Origin: Negaprion brevirostris
Taxonomy: Eukaryota
NCBI GenBank assembly: GCA_030324005.1
Contig: JARDVH010000193.1
Span: 29,256,371 to 29,320,370, forward strand
Length of the DNA stretch: 64,000 bases
Direction: 5' to 3'
The translations under genes were made by a program, and so were the position numbers. Under the pieces are notes generated by a model. It saw only the letters and a list, made by a program, of their open reading frames with translations, was not told the DNA's origin and ran no database searches. Each line of letters opens with the position of its first letter. The stretch's first letter is position 1. Positions 23,611 to 36,121 of this stretch are shown piece by piece.

Positions 23611-26600
23611 AGGACCGCTTGTTCATTTTAACCTGGGGGTGCTGTAGCCCACTGTAGGTCATTTTCCTTTATCTTGGGCAGCTCAATACAAATTGAATCC
23701 AGGATCTTCCTGGTTTCTGTCCTAATCATCGATAAGCTCCCACGGTATTTAAACTTCTTTGATTAAAATCAACCTAATAACCGGGAGGACTTTGTTACAT
23801 CGATTGAGTGCGGATGGGCATATAGAATAACAGACAGGCTTTGTGAAAACTAGTGAACTGGACATCAAGACTAGTGAGCAGTGCTGAAATGAAACAAGAT
23901 TACCTCCCAACTCTTTACTGTTGTGAATTTCTTACAAGAATGATGAGCTATTGTAGAAGGTTGTGTTGCGTTAATTTTTCATCAGTAATATNNNNNNNNN
24001 NTGATAGCCATTATTGCAGCCTGGAGTACTCTGAAATGTTTACTTTTAATCTTAAAAATTTCAAGAAACCACTGACCTCAGAATTCTAAGAGTCAGATTT
24101 TGCTGCTGCAAGTGCAGTGGGATGGATGCTCCAGCCATCATCCTGACATAATCCTGAGCCATTTCCATTAATCTGGGTTGGTACCGTTTGCACCGAGGTT
24201 GGGAGACTTCTACTCCATTTGGTCAAATTTAGATTTTTGTTGCAGCAACCGATTACTCTGTGATTAGAATCCAGCATGCTGAACTCTTACAGACCCCCTC
24301 CCCTGCAATGCAAGCATAACAGCCTCATCCAGCCCTGTAAGCAGCACTGGAGGTGGACCGAGTGAGATTTCTGATGGCTGGCATTATCCTAATGTTATAA
24401 CATTGGCATGGAAGGAGGCAAGCGCAGGAAACATTCAATGGTGGAAATTCATAATGCAGAAGAAAGGGGTTGGAGACCTTGGGTAACTAGGTCCTGTCCC
24501 ATATTCCAACCAACCCACCAATTTACCACCAGTTTAATTCCTGTTAGCTCAATTCAAACATAGCCCGAATCAATAGAATGGAAGTTTTCTCCTTAATGCA
24601 GCAAGTGGTATTATGATTGGAGTTAGTTTGGCTGTTTTAATTCAGTTGTCAATAGGAATTATGCACATCATTCAAGTGCCCATGATTTGACAGAGGCTGC
24701 AAGATTGGTGAAGTAAGAAGTGGTTTATCAGGAAAGTACGGAATAGAAGTTAGTGTTAAGGTGCATTGTTGAGGTTGAGTGCAAATGGTACATTATCTGA
24801 TACAGCTCAGAGGTGGTTGTTTACCAATCATTATTTCCATCTCCAGGCCAATTTGGACCATGTTGGCTTGGATTGGGGTAAAATCTGGTCAGTAGACTAA
24901 ATACTTTTATTGTGGCAATAAGGAAACATTCGGATCTGAGTTAGAAACATATTGCCAGTGGAAAATGTGTCAGTAAAATAATAACTTGCCTTTCAGTATA
25001 GCTTAGTTATGGTAGTGAGGAATGATCCAGAAATAAAGAGTTAATTGACTTTGTCACGGTGATGCTAAAGGCACAACAATTGCCTCAGTGCTCTTTAGGA
25101 CAGTATTAGGCTGAGCTTTGATGTTGCGGTGATTGAATAGCCATACTCAGGCCACAATTGAATAATATCCAAGATTTTGTTGAAGTGGTCATCAACTGAT
25201 CATATCTCAGTGAAGAAGTCAGTAGATTTAGAAAAATTAAGGTTTGAGGAATAGAAATTGACCACAAAAAAGACAAAAAGAACTTCTCCAGTTATCATTT
25301 TTGTTGTGGCAGAATGCAAAGCATTTTCGCATAAGATAAAATGTAGCTATACATGAGTTCCTACATTAGGTGATCTGTCCATTATTTTCCTCATTAGGGC
25401 AAGTCCTAAGTCAAGTATCATATTAATGATTTATTAGGAGAAAATGATCTGAGGTGGTTTCCCATTAACTGCAAAGAAGACATTATCTTCAGACCGCCTT
25501 TATCCACATGAGCTAATATGTCCCACTTATCATGTGAAGATGCATGTACTCGCACTCAACATCACCCTAACATCCAGAGTTAGTGCTCTGGTCTCCACTT
25601 GCCGGGCAGTAGGAAGTTGGGCCAACCTTTCAGGCTGCGGGGTAGGAATAGCCAGCCGTCAATCCATGCAGAAACAAAGACTCTACTCAATGTTAGTGCA
25701 CTATTTCGAGACCGCACTTCAGATAGCTCCAGCAAGTGGAGCTACCCTTCGCCCTCTGACTGAGGCATAATGGCTGCAACAAAGCAAAGGTCCCTATAGT
25801 GATTTGAGTAAGGTTACTTTTCCTTTCACAGGTCAGAACCTGGAAGAAGAAGAAGCGATAGCTTTGCCGGGGGTCTGTGCCAGCTTCTTCCCAGAGCACA
25901 TGACCAAGGACAGTGATGCAAAAAAGAATCTGGCACAGGCTGTCTAGTTGTGGGTCAAGTGGCTGTCTTTTTTTGTCATCCAATGATTTTTCAGGTAAAA
26001 TGAGTTTGCAACTGGTGCAGATGATTGAAGTAATAGATCACTACCATGAATAGATTGATAACTTTGACTGAGCTAAATACCACCCCAACCCCAATTAGTC
26101 AGAGACTTGCATATTTTAATCTGTTACTGGCAGCAGTGTGATTTACCTAATGATTGGTTGACGGAGGAACCGTCGTCAAGAACCTGTTACACCATCCACT
26201 GGAACATGGATATTGTCAACTCCCAGTTGCCATCTCCAAATGGAATACTACTTTGCACTGCGCGTGCAGCAATACGATTAGTGTCATGCAAGCAACACTA
26301 TAAGTGACTACAGATTTTCAACATAAGACTTAACACTTCCTTAACTAATACAGACCTTGACTTATCATGACTTATAAAAGGCTAGCCATACCACGTCCAA
26401 GCATTGATAATTTCTAGACCAACTACTGCAAAAAAAATCACCACAATAGATACTGTTGTAAGAGCAGATCACAGTAAGTTGATTTTAACCATTCAGGAGA
26501 AAATTCTTGTTTGTTGAAACCTAATAAAAATGGGGAGTTGATAGCCAGAAAGCTTCTTTTTATTGTATTTTCTAATGAAGTTTTAATGCATTTGCTAAAA

Positions 26601-29029
26601 TTGATTCAAAGGCTTTTAATGTGTATGCGTACACCATTCCTAAGCAAAGCAATATATTTCAAATGACATTCTTAGAGAGCTGGGACTGTGTAGCCCACAT
26701 AAATAATGTCGGGATATGGGCTGTAGCACTAAATGTACAAAAGCAACATACATTTCTTTCAAGCATGTGGCTATATTAATAGCATTAAATAGATGATATT
26801 CCATTTATTACCCTGCACACGCTGGATTTTAAAGCTAGTGTATTAAGCATGAACCTGCTCAGCAGTCCTGCGGCTTCAGAATTCTCAGTCATTTCAAAAC
26901 ATTGCCAATAAATTAAGTCAAGGATGACCACAGCACTATAGTAATTGGCATCCTTAGAAAATGTACTGTCTGACATTAACTCCTTATTAATTCCTTAACC
27001 CCTTGCCTTTGGTTAAGATTGCAATAACTGTATCTAAGTTGCTGCTGAGTAATATTATGCAAGGACAAACATTTCTATTTAATAACACATTAAATCTAAT
27101 CATTTTGTTCATTTTAATATTGCTGTGTAGAATTCTGAGAAAAGTAAAAGGCACTTAAAACTGAAATCTGACTATTAAAAGAATTTCGCTAAATATATGA
27201 GAAGCTTCTATACAGAATAAAAATGATCAAACACTAGTGTAATGCCTCATAAGTTAGAAGTCAAATGTTGAGCAATGTATCAATAGGTCTGAACCCAAAT
27301 TGTATTTATTACAACAGTATAGTATTAGATATATTGTGGAATTCTGAAGTAAAAATTGAATATTTGCTTATCTAAATTCTTCTTTGTTAACTTTGATAGA
27401 AAACAAAATCAGGGTGTAAATTAGACTGCAGATTCATTATCATGCTTCAACCCCCCAGGTAACTTGACGGTTTGAAAAGTTCAATTTAGCGTCATATGGC
27501 CCGGGTGTTAAATTGCTTTATTATGTTAAAATTTTGTGGACATTTCATAATTTGCAGTGGATTAGAAAGGAATTCCCACATTGCATGGGAGAAATAATTT
27601 GAAGCAATTTACCATATCCAGTCGCAGAGTGCATAGTGAGAAGTGCTACATGGTTGCTTGGATTAAAAGAGGAAGTACTTAACATCAAAAATGTATTGCC
27701 TTAGTGATATAATCCCATGATTTCAGACAGTTGGTTGGCAAAAAGAAACTGACACTGATAAGCTGCGATTACAGGACAGAAATCCTTCCTGGAAGACACT
27801 ATTCTTGGGCAACATTGTCACTAAAAGTTAGCTTTTGGCTAGGACCATAGTTCTTATCTCAGACCAGTGCTCCTCTTGAAGGTGTCATCCAGTGTCCTGC
27901 TGTGGGAAATACAACATAACCACACTATGGCTTATTTTGAGGTTTCTAGTCTGTAGAAGTAGCATTCCTTATTCTACACTCACACCCTTCTTATATTAAT
28001 CAGCATGCTATCAAATATTCAAGTGGGTGTTTGAGAATATGAAGTAGATTCCAGTCCAGAAAAGTACCATGGAAGTTTTTTAAACAGGGTTAGCTATTTC
28101 ATGAAGGTTAAAGTTATAATTCAGAACTGATTACTAACATTGCTGTTCAAATTTGAAAGCAAAAACAGTACTTTCACTTGAATTACTCAGCAGTACAGAA
28201 AATTAGCATTTATTGGGGAGAAAGTGGGGAGGAAAAGAGTTAGTAACCATTCCTATTTCTATCAAGCCAGATGTCCCGTTTAGACCAGATGTTTACTTTT
28301 AAGTTCCAGTAGTCATTCTTTCCATTCCAATCTGAAGCAGATTGTAGGATGGTGTTGCACTGGATATGGTCAGTGACAGGAGTTAGAGCATTCCTATGGA
28401 ATGCTTATTTGCAGTTATGTGGTGACCGCATTTGTCAGAGCATTAGTCAATTGGATTATGCACCAATCGATTGCAGGTCTCTGTGATTTCTCGAAGGCTA
28501 CAATGTACTTGCTTCTCCTAGAATACTCACACATTTTCTCAAGTCACAAATCCATTCATCTCACAATGTCAAATTGTAATAATTAAGCATTATTGATCTT
28601 AAATTCAATTAACTGCATTAACACTTGGCTAGATCGAGGTGATTGTAGGGGCTGGCCAGACAGAGCATGTGCCGATACTTAACTCAACAATGCCCACTCG
28701 GAACTGTTAAAGTTTATGCTGTAAACTACAACAGCATGTGTGATTATTCCAGGCCCCAGACAGTTCCCACCCAGCAAACGGAACCTACACCTGCATCTCA
28801 TTATAATTTTCATTTTTTTAAAATTCCCACAGACAGAGAGCCTGATTCCAATAAAGGCCTAGTTCTGCAGTTAGCATTAATCAAAGTAATTGCCTGGTAA
28901 GAAGTTTAAAAAAAAGAGGTTAATGTTAATAGCTAGACTGAAGCAAATATTTCAGACTTTTGGTGGGGGATACCTGGTGAGTGTTTGTCTCTATTTGCAG
29001 ATCTTTTGTTTCACTTCATTGGGAAATAG

Positions 29030-29740
29030 TGAGAATGATGTCTGTGGACATTGGGACAGGAGGGGGCAAGGACAGAAGCTGACAGGCATGTAACATGGCA
29101 CAGTCAGCCAGCCCCATCCCACCTCTGGACCATAACTTGGGGGCAGGATGGTTACCTGCCCATGAGCAGCAGGTAACTAATTAAAGTAATGAAAGCCCAA
29201 TTATTAGAGGTTAACTGGAATTTTCCAGTTGGCCTCTAGGCCCTTGCAGCAGGGCAGCTGCCTAGAGGTGGCCTCCTGGCTGCAGACTGGGTGGCAGGAA
29301 ATGGGGACAGTGCTCCAGGCAGGCTTCGAGGATCTACGTGACTATAGCTGCAGATGCAGGCTGCTCTGTGGTGAAGTTTCTGCTACACATTGTGGCCCGG
29401 CTACTGGTGACAATTTTTGAATGCAATAGTTTGAGAAGTGCTGAGAGGAACCCTCAAGTTGAAGACGCCTTCTCTCTGCCCTTTACTTACAAATGCAACC
29501 TACACCTCCCTCCGAGCCGGACGGTCATCTTTTGGCCTAATTGGATGGTGAGTGCACCCTCCCAATCTTTTAAGTGGCCAGTTCAAGTAAAATCACTGCA
29601 GGGTGACTGTTACCGACACAGTGCAGAGTTGAGATTCTCAATTGATCTCATGCCAAAACCCTTTGATGGGCTATACTCCCCAGACATCATTGTTTGAGCT
29701 GTATATGCTGGCATCCTTCTCTGGTCTATTTTCTCCCCCA
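29030..29740. mobile_element. Probable old non-autonomous DNA-transposon derivative (GC-richer island); boundaries approximate
   Basis: Compositional shift and TAATTAAAG/CCTAATTGG subterminal-like motifs; no clean TIR pair seen. Confidence 0.3.
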
Positions 29741-30157
29741 GAGATTCTGCCTCATCCTTAAAGAAACCTTTGAATAAGCAGTTGTTGTGCGGGTGAAACT
29801 CAATTCAAACCCAACAATCTAGTGTTGACTTCGTGCCATGCCCATGGCATCTGGGACGTTAATTCTTTGAATAATGAGACCTTCCTTAGCCCCAGGCGAT
29901 CCTTTGACCTGCATCCAATGAGTCACAAATAGGACACTAACCTGAAAACTAGAAAGAGGCACCCAGGAAAATAGGATAAATGTCCCAAATTAATCCCAGA
30001 ATCATTTTCATCTAAAGCTCAGTTGACCTGATCCTGAAATGTTGAACTTCCTGCACAATCCTTTTGTTTGGCAAATGTGTCTTGCAGCTTTATGGGATCA
30101 GTGTTCTCTGTTCAAGTCTTTGCCTGTGATTGTGTAATGATATTAGTCTGTTAAAGA

Positions 30158-30379
30158 GACTGGTGTGGAAATTAAATGCTCGCAGCCACTCAACAGCACC
30201 TTGAGTCAAAGCCACAAATTACAACATGGCACCATACTACAACATATATTTAATAAATTTCATGCATGTTTTACGTTAGTACTGTAAATGTTGTTGTTCT
30301 CTCTGTAACACATTAAATTAACGGTGCCAGAAATGAAGTGCGTCTTCAAGAGGAACAAAATTCTTAGTATTGCCATTGT
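30158..30379. repeat. Arm 1 (donor) of a local ~200-bp inverted duplication
   Basis: Reverse complement matches 31398-31597, including the exact 30-mer CCACAAATTACAACATGGCACCATACTACA. Confidence 0.95.
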
Positions 30380-31217
30380 AGAGAACCAGCACTTGTTAAA
30401 TGAGAAGGCTGCTGATTACAAATCCCTTTTACACCCTCAGAAGTATTTTGAGGCAGAGTGCTGTCTGAATTACTTAAAATCTGGAGTATTGGTTACATGC
30501 TGTAGAAAAATTAAAGATGCAGCTTTTGCAAGAGTTTGCAGCAAAATATCAATCAGATTAGAAGAATGTCTTGTCAGTCTCGAGTTGCCAGTAATACACA
30601 CCTGAATATCATCCAACTGAAAATAAAAAATATTGTGTTCCTTTTCCTGTGTAGTTCAGATCATCAAGCTTTTACATAGGTTTACCTCTTAAAATGAACG
30701 TCGACAACAAGTTGGAAACAAGAAAGAGACGTTGAATGTGCTGTGCCTAAATTCTATGTTAGTGGGTTGAGATTGGAGACACTATTGATTTGAAATCCAA
30801 TAAATGTTTTGAAGCATGAATTAAAAACTTTGAATGCTTTCTTTATGGAAGGACAGTGTATTGCTCTACTTTTTTACTGAAATTTAAAATGAAATTAGAA
30901 ACAGGATTGTTCATGCTGAGTAATATGGGAGAAAATAGAAAATGCCACGCATTGTTCAGATGGAGCTTTTTAAAATGGCCATCAATCTTCCTTTCTTTCG
31001 CTCTATAATGATGTCATCCAGGAAATGTCACAAACTCCATTCCTCCGGCCTAAATATCACCCAATATTTGATCAACGTTCTTTGTAAGCACAATTTCATC
31101 CGCCAGTTCACCATCCTATCAGTTCACAACTTTAAAAGGACAGTAATGTCCTACCAATATGTCATGCAACTTATGTGCGTTGTTAGGTTTGCAGCAAAAT
31201 TGAATGACTAGATGATT

Positions 31218-31780
31218 ATAGAATCTCCACAGTGCGGAAGAAGGCCATTTGGCTCATTGAGCCTGCACCAACAACAATCCCATCCAGGCCCTATCTACAT
31301 AACCCCACATGTTTACCTTGCTAATCCACCTGATACTAAGGGGCAATTTAGCATGGCCAGTACACCTAACCCACACATCTTTGGACTTCCTCACTAAACA
31401 ATGGCAATACTTGAAGATGCACTTCATTTCTGGCACCATTAATTTAATGTGTTACACAGAAAACAATAAAATTGACAGTACCAACATAAAACATGCATGA
31501 AAATTATTAAATATATGCTGTAGTATGGTGCCATGTTGTAATTTGTGGATTTGACTAGAAGTGCTGTTGAATGTCTGAGCATTTAATTTCCACAGTCCGA
31601 AGATGGCTGAATTGCCTCCTTATGTACTGTAGGGATTCCATGAAACTGGAGCACCCGGAGGAAACCCATGTAGGCAAGGGGAGAACGTGTAAACTCCACA
31701 GAGAGTTACCCAAGGCCGGAACTGAACCCGGGTCCCTGGCACTGTGAGGCAGCAGTACTAACCATTGTGCTACCATACTG
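31218..31780 (-). mobile_element. HE1-like V-SINE split into tail (31218-31388) and head (31642-31780) by a complex insertion
   Basis: Tail half ends CACATCTTTGGACT and head half resumes GAAACTGGAGCACCCGGAGGAAACCC; these are near-adjacent in intact copies such as 35521-35832. Confidence 0.88.
31398..31597. repeat. Arm 2 (copy) of the inverted duplication, inside the SINE
   Basis: Reverse complement of 30158-30379, ~90% identical by eye, with a 17-bp deletion. Confidence 0.95.
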
Positions 31781-32586
31781 ACTCAATGGTTGATATCATA
31801 CAACTATACATGACAGTGCTAAAATATTACATTAATTTTTTTCTATATAAACTGTAGGGTAATAGTGCAAAGGAGAATGTATCCAGTAACAATGAAGAGA
31901 TTGTTTTCTGAAAGAAGCTCTCATCGTTTGTTCCAGTTCCTCGGAACTGAAGTGCCTCTTTTTAAATCAAATTCCAATTGAAATATAGTGAAGCGATATG
32001 CCGGAGCTGCAAGTTACAGCAATGCCAAGTGATGGCACACAGAGAGTTCACGGTTGTTACTGAGCTGCCAATTTCAGGGATATTGCTGTGGGGAGCTGCC
32101 ACCAGAGACTAGACACTTTCCCATAGGGACCATCTCGCCAGTTGAGGTGGACTGGTTTTGGTAGAGGCCTGGACGCATGATGCCTTGCTGTTGAGACGTG
32201 ATTCATGGGGATTGGGGAAAAAAAAGGAGTGAGAACAAAAAATCAAAACCAGGTAGACTGACAAGAAAAAGAAAAATTCAGAACGACTTTTTAAGTTAGT
32301 TTCTGAGGAGGAATCATTCACGTGTACTCAAATGGGTCCATTTCTACGTAAATATGAAAGCAGCAGCCTCTTTGCATGCTGCTGAGTGTACTTCTAAAAT
32401 GTCAGCTTCAAATAAAAATGTATTTGTAAACCCCCATAATAAGCTATGAAGACATAATGATATTATTTGTCCCTGCACATACTCCTTTAGTTAAAAGCAT
32501 GGCAACCCTGTCTTCTAAGGCATGCCGCTTCTAAAGAAATCATTTCAGCAGTGGATAAAAATTTATTTCTCTTTTTTATTCTGTAT

Positions 32587-32887
32587 GCATGGTGGCACAG
32601 TGGCTAGCACTGCTGCCTCACAACGCCAGGGAGCTGGGTTCAATTCCTGACTTGGGTTTCTATCTGTGCAAAGTCTGCACATTCTCCCCATGCCTGCATG
32701 GATTTCCTCCGGGTGCTCCGGTTTCCTCCCACGGTCCGAAAAATGCGCTGGTTAGGTGCATTGGCCATGCTAAATTCTCCGTCATAGTACCCAAATATGC
32801 GCCAGAGTGTGGTGACGAGGGGATTTTCACTGTAACTTAATTGCCTAATACTCGTAAGCCTACTTGCAACTAACAAATAAATTAACT
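32587..32887 (+). mobile_element. V-SINE with type B tail
   Basis: GGTGGCACAGTGGCTAGCACTGCTGCCTCAC (A box), GGTTCAATTCC (B box), V-domain, tail GGGGATTTTCACTGTAACTT..GTAAGCCTACTTG. Confidence 0.9.
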
Positions 32888-33780
32888 AATACTTTGAAAG
32901 AAGGCTGGAAATATTTAGTAATCAAGAACAGTGTGTGTAATTTGAACTGTCGGCATTATTATGACTATCGGTAATGAAATGGACCACCAACAAGTTCAAT
33001 TGTATTTTGTCAAAAGATAATTGGAAAATAAATAAATTTCACTCAACAGTGGAGCTACAACACATGTTCGATGAGTTAGCTAAGCTGTCAGTGATGACGA
33101 TCCCAGGTTTGATTCTCAGTCCGTGTTGAATTAGGTGACCTCAGCATTCAGTATGGAAGAATTAGCTCCAGCACACAAAACTGGCAAGATTAAAACATAG
33201 TTTTGGGTTCCCAATCCCATGATCCAGACATCTGTGGCGGAAAACTGTTTGCATGTTGGCCTTGGGTGAGGGTAGAATCATCTGCCTGCAGTCCAGAAGC
33301 CTGCCAGAACCCTGTGCAAGGTTCTTGCATGAAAAATTGCCACTTGGGCAACCTACTGGAGGACGCCCAGCAACTGTGGCATTATACTCCAGCAGCCAGT
33401 GACTTCCAGAAAGGGAGTGGGGGAGAAAATTGCCAGACAAAATTCAGAAAAGTACCAGATAAATTGATAAGAACATATGGTACCAAGAACTGATGTGAAA
33501 ATAGGCTCACTAGATTCATGTGAAAGAGGAATTTTGAACCAGGCCTCTTCAATCACCAATAATAATCAGACCCTGAGTAGACAAGAAAGATTTTATGCAA
33601 CTTTTTGATCACATTATAGAGCTAATTACATATTAAGGAGAGCCCAATCCATTATATTGTTTGACTGCCAATTTGGGAATGTTGATTTGACATCAGGTGC
33701 CATTAAAGCAAATAAGCAAGTGTTTCAACTTGTCCTGAACTGTCTAAAGTGGTGGAAGCCTTGCATAATTGAATCCTGGC

Positions 33781-33941
33781 ATGATTTGATTTATTATTGT
33801 CACATGTGTTAACATACAGTGAAAAGTATTGTTTCTTGCCCACTATACAGGCAGAACATACCGATCATAGAGAAGGAAACGAGAGAGTGCAGAATGTAGT
33901 GTTACAGCCATAGCTAGGGTGTAGAGAAAGATCAACTTAAT
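33781..33941 (-). mobile_element. Rex1-type LINE 3' tail running into N-gap
   Basis: GATTTGATTTATTATTGTCACATGTGTTAACATACAGTGAAAAGTATTG, matching 36122 onward. Confidence 0.8.
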
Positions 33942-34390
33942 NNNNNNNNNNNNNNNNNNNNNNNNNNNNNNNNNNNNNNNNNNNNNNNNNNNNNNNNNNN
34001 NNNNNNNNNNNNNNNNNNNNNNNNNNNNNNNNNNNNNNNNNNNNNNNNNNNNNNNNNNNNNNNNNNNNNNNNNNNNNNNNNNNNNNNNNNNNNNNNNNNN
34101 NNNNNNNNNNNNNNNNNNNNNNNNNNNNNNNNNNNNNNNNNNNNNNNNNNNNNNNNNNNNNNNNNNNNNNNNNNNNNNNNNNNNNNNNNNNNNNNNNNNN
34201 NNNNNNNNNNNNNNNNNNNNNNNNNNNNNNNNNNNNNNNNNNNNNNNNNNNNNNNNNNNNNNNNNNNNNNNNNNNNNNNNNNNNNNNNNNNNNNNNNNNN
34301 NNNNNNNNNNNNNNNNNNNNNNNNNNNNNNNNNNNNNNNNNNNNNNNNNNNNNNNNNNNNNNNNNNNNNNNNNNNNNNNNNNNNNNNNNN

Positions 34391-34697
34391 GTTTTAAAGT
34401 TTATTTATTGGTGTCACAACTTCACTGCAATTAAGTTACTGTGAAAATCCCCTAGCTGCCACACTCTGGTGCCTGTTTGAGTACACCGAGGGAGAATTTA
34501 GCATGGCCAATACACCCTAACCAGCATGTCTTTCAGAGTGTGGGGGGAAAACAGTGCACTCAGAGGAAACCCCCGCAGACACGGGGAGAATGTGCAGACT
34601 CGGCACAGGTAGTTAGCCAAGCTGAGAATCAAATGTGGGTCCCCTGGGATTGTGAGGCAGTAGTGCTAACCACTGTGCCACCGTGCTGCCCACCATG
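34391..34697 (-). mobile_element. V-SINE with type B tail
   Basis: Tail, V-domain and head as at 6961-7267. Confidence 0.87.
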
Positions 34698-34791
34698 CCA
34701 CTGTGCCACCGTGCTGCCCACCATGCCACTGTGCCACCGCGCTGCCCACCATGCCACTGTGCCACCGTGCTGCCCACCATGCCACTGTGCC
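34670..34791. repeat. 28-bp tandem repeat, 4 full units plus 10 bp, derived from the SINE 5' end
   Basis: Unit CCACTGTGCCACCGTGCTGCCCACCATG at 34670, 34698, 34726 (one mismatch) and 34754; partial at 34782. Confidence 0.97.
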
Positions 34792-35346
34792 TGCTCCGGC
34801 TGGCAGTAGGTTGTGCGTGGCTTTTAATTGTGCGCAAACAAATTAAAATACACGTTGCCAGATGAATGTGCCATTCTGTTTCTCATTGCCATGTGTGCTG
34901 TAAGTTGGAGGGAGGTCTGTCCCTCTGGTGATCAGGGACGGTTAAGCACAGTGTGGTCACTCAAAAATCCCACCATCCTGGCAATTCCAAGAGAAAACAT
35001 GTGTTCATCCTTCTCCAAACAACTTAGCACGCTAAAGGAAAAATAGTTACTTCACACAGTTTGGAAGCTCCGTCACTGCTGAAGATTGTACATCTTTCTT
35101 TGTAGTTTCAGCCTGGTTTCAATCCACATTACAGAGCCAGTTCTGCTGGGGGTTCTGTAATTATAACCAGATAAAGTGCTGCGGCCAAGAGACTAGCAGT
35201 CCCTCTGCTCAAAAACCTGGCAACAAGCCGACAAAAGAGGAGGAAACTTGCATTTATGTAGCACCTTTCATGCACTCAGCTCTGCAGCCAGTTTGCGCAC
35301 AGCACAGTTGTGGGATAATCTTCGGCAAGAGCTAGAGGGAGAAAGA

Positions 35347-35968
35347 ACTGCAGCCTCGCAGCGCCAGGGATCCAGCCTCGGGCGACTGCATGTGTGGAGT
35401 TTGCACATCCTCCCCGTGTCTGCATGGGTTTCCTCCGGGTGCTCCAGTTTCCTCCCGCACTCCAAAGATGTGCAAGTAAAGTGGACTCAATTGCCCCCTA
35501 ATGTCGAAGATGTGTAGGTTCATAGAATCCCTACAGTGCAGAAGGAGTCCATTCTGCCCTTCGAGCCTGCACCAACAACTATCCCACCCAGGCCCTATCC
35601 CCATATATTTACCTTGTTAATCCCCTTGACACTATTTAGCAATCTAGCATGGCCAATCCACCTAACCCACACATCTTTGGACTGTGAGAGGGAACCGGAA
35701 CACCTGAGGAAGCCCACGCAGACATGGGGAGAACGTGTAAACTTCACACAGACAGTGACCTGAGGCTGGAATTGAACCTGGGTCCCTGGTGCTGAGAGAC
35801 AGCAGTGCTAACCACTGTGCCACCGTGCTGCCTCAAAGGTTAGGTGGGTTGGCAGGGTAAATATGTGTGGTTAGGGGGATAGGGAGTGGCCTGGGTATGG
35901 TGCTCTGTCAGAGTGTTGGCGCAGGGTCAATGGGCTGAATGGCCTCCTGCACTGTATGGATATTGTGG
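35347..35968 (+). mobile_element. HE1-like V-SINE (host), interrupted at 35520 by an antisense copy
   Basis: V-domain GTGTGGAGTTTGCACATCCTCCCCGTGTCTGCATGGGTTTCCTCCGGGTGCTCC; tail resumes at 35837 and ends GGGCTGAATGGCCTCCTGCACTGTA. Confidence 0.85.
35521..35832 (-). mobile_element. Full-length HE1-like V-SINE nested in another copy
   Basis: Runs from CATAGAATCCCTACAGTGCAGAAGG to ACCACTGTGCCACCGTGCTGCC; AGGTT occurs on both sides. Confidence 0.9.
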
Positions 35969-36121
35969 GAAACCAGTGTAATACTGAGAGAGAACTTGGC
36001 TCATGGGGGGATAGTAAGCTGGACATTAACAATCCCAGGACACTAGGTGGCAAATAAAACACCATTCCTTCCTCAATCAACATTACCCACCTTCAAAAAA
36101 ACACATTCTTCATCACAATTC

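Noticed and set aside
32587-32660. tRNA gene (A and B boxes), likewise other SINE heads
   Set aside because: Continues into V-domain and tail; no cloverleaf or terminator.
34670-34791. CRISPR-like 28-bp repeats
   Set aside because: Head-to-tail with no spacers, derived from a SINE head, eukaryotic context, no cas genes.
3064-35968. Antisense bias of V-SINEs in the intron (8 minus vs 2 plus)
   Set aside because: Too few copies to be significant; other families show no consistent bias.
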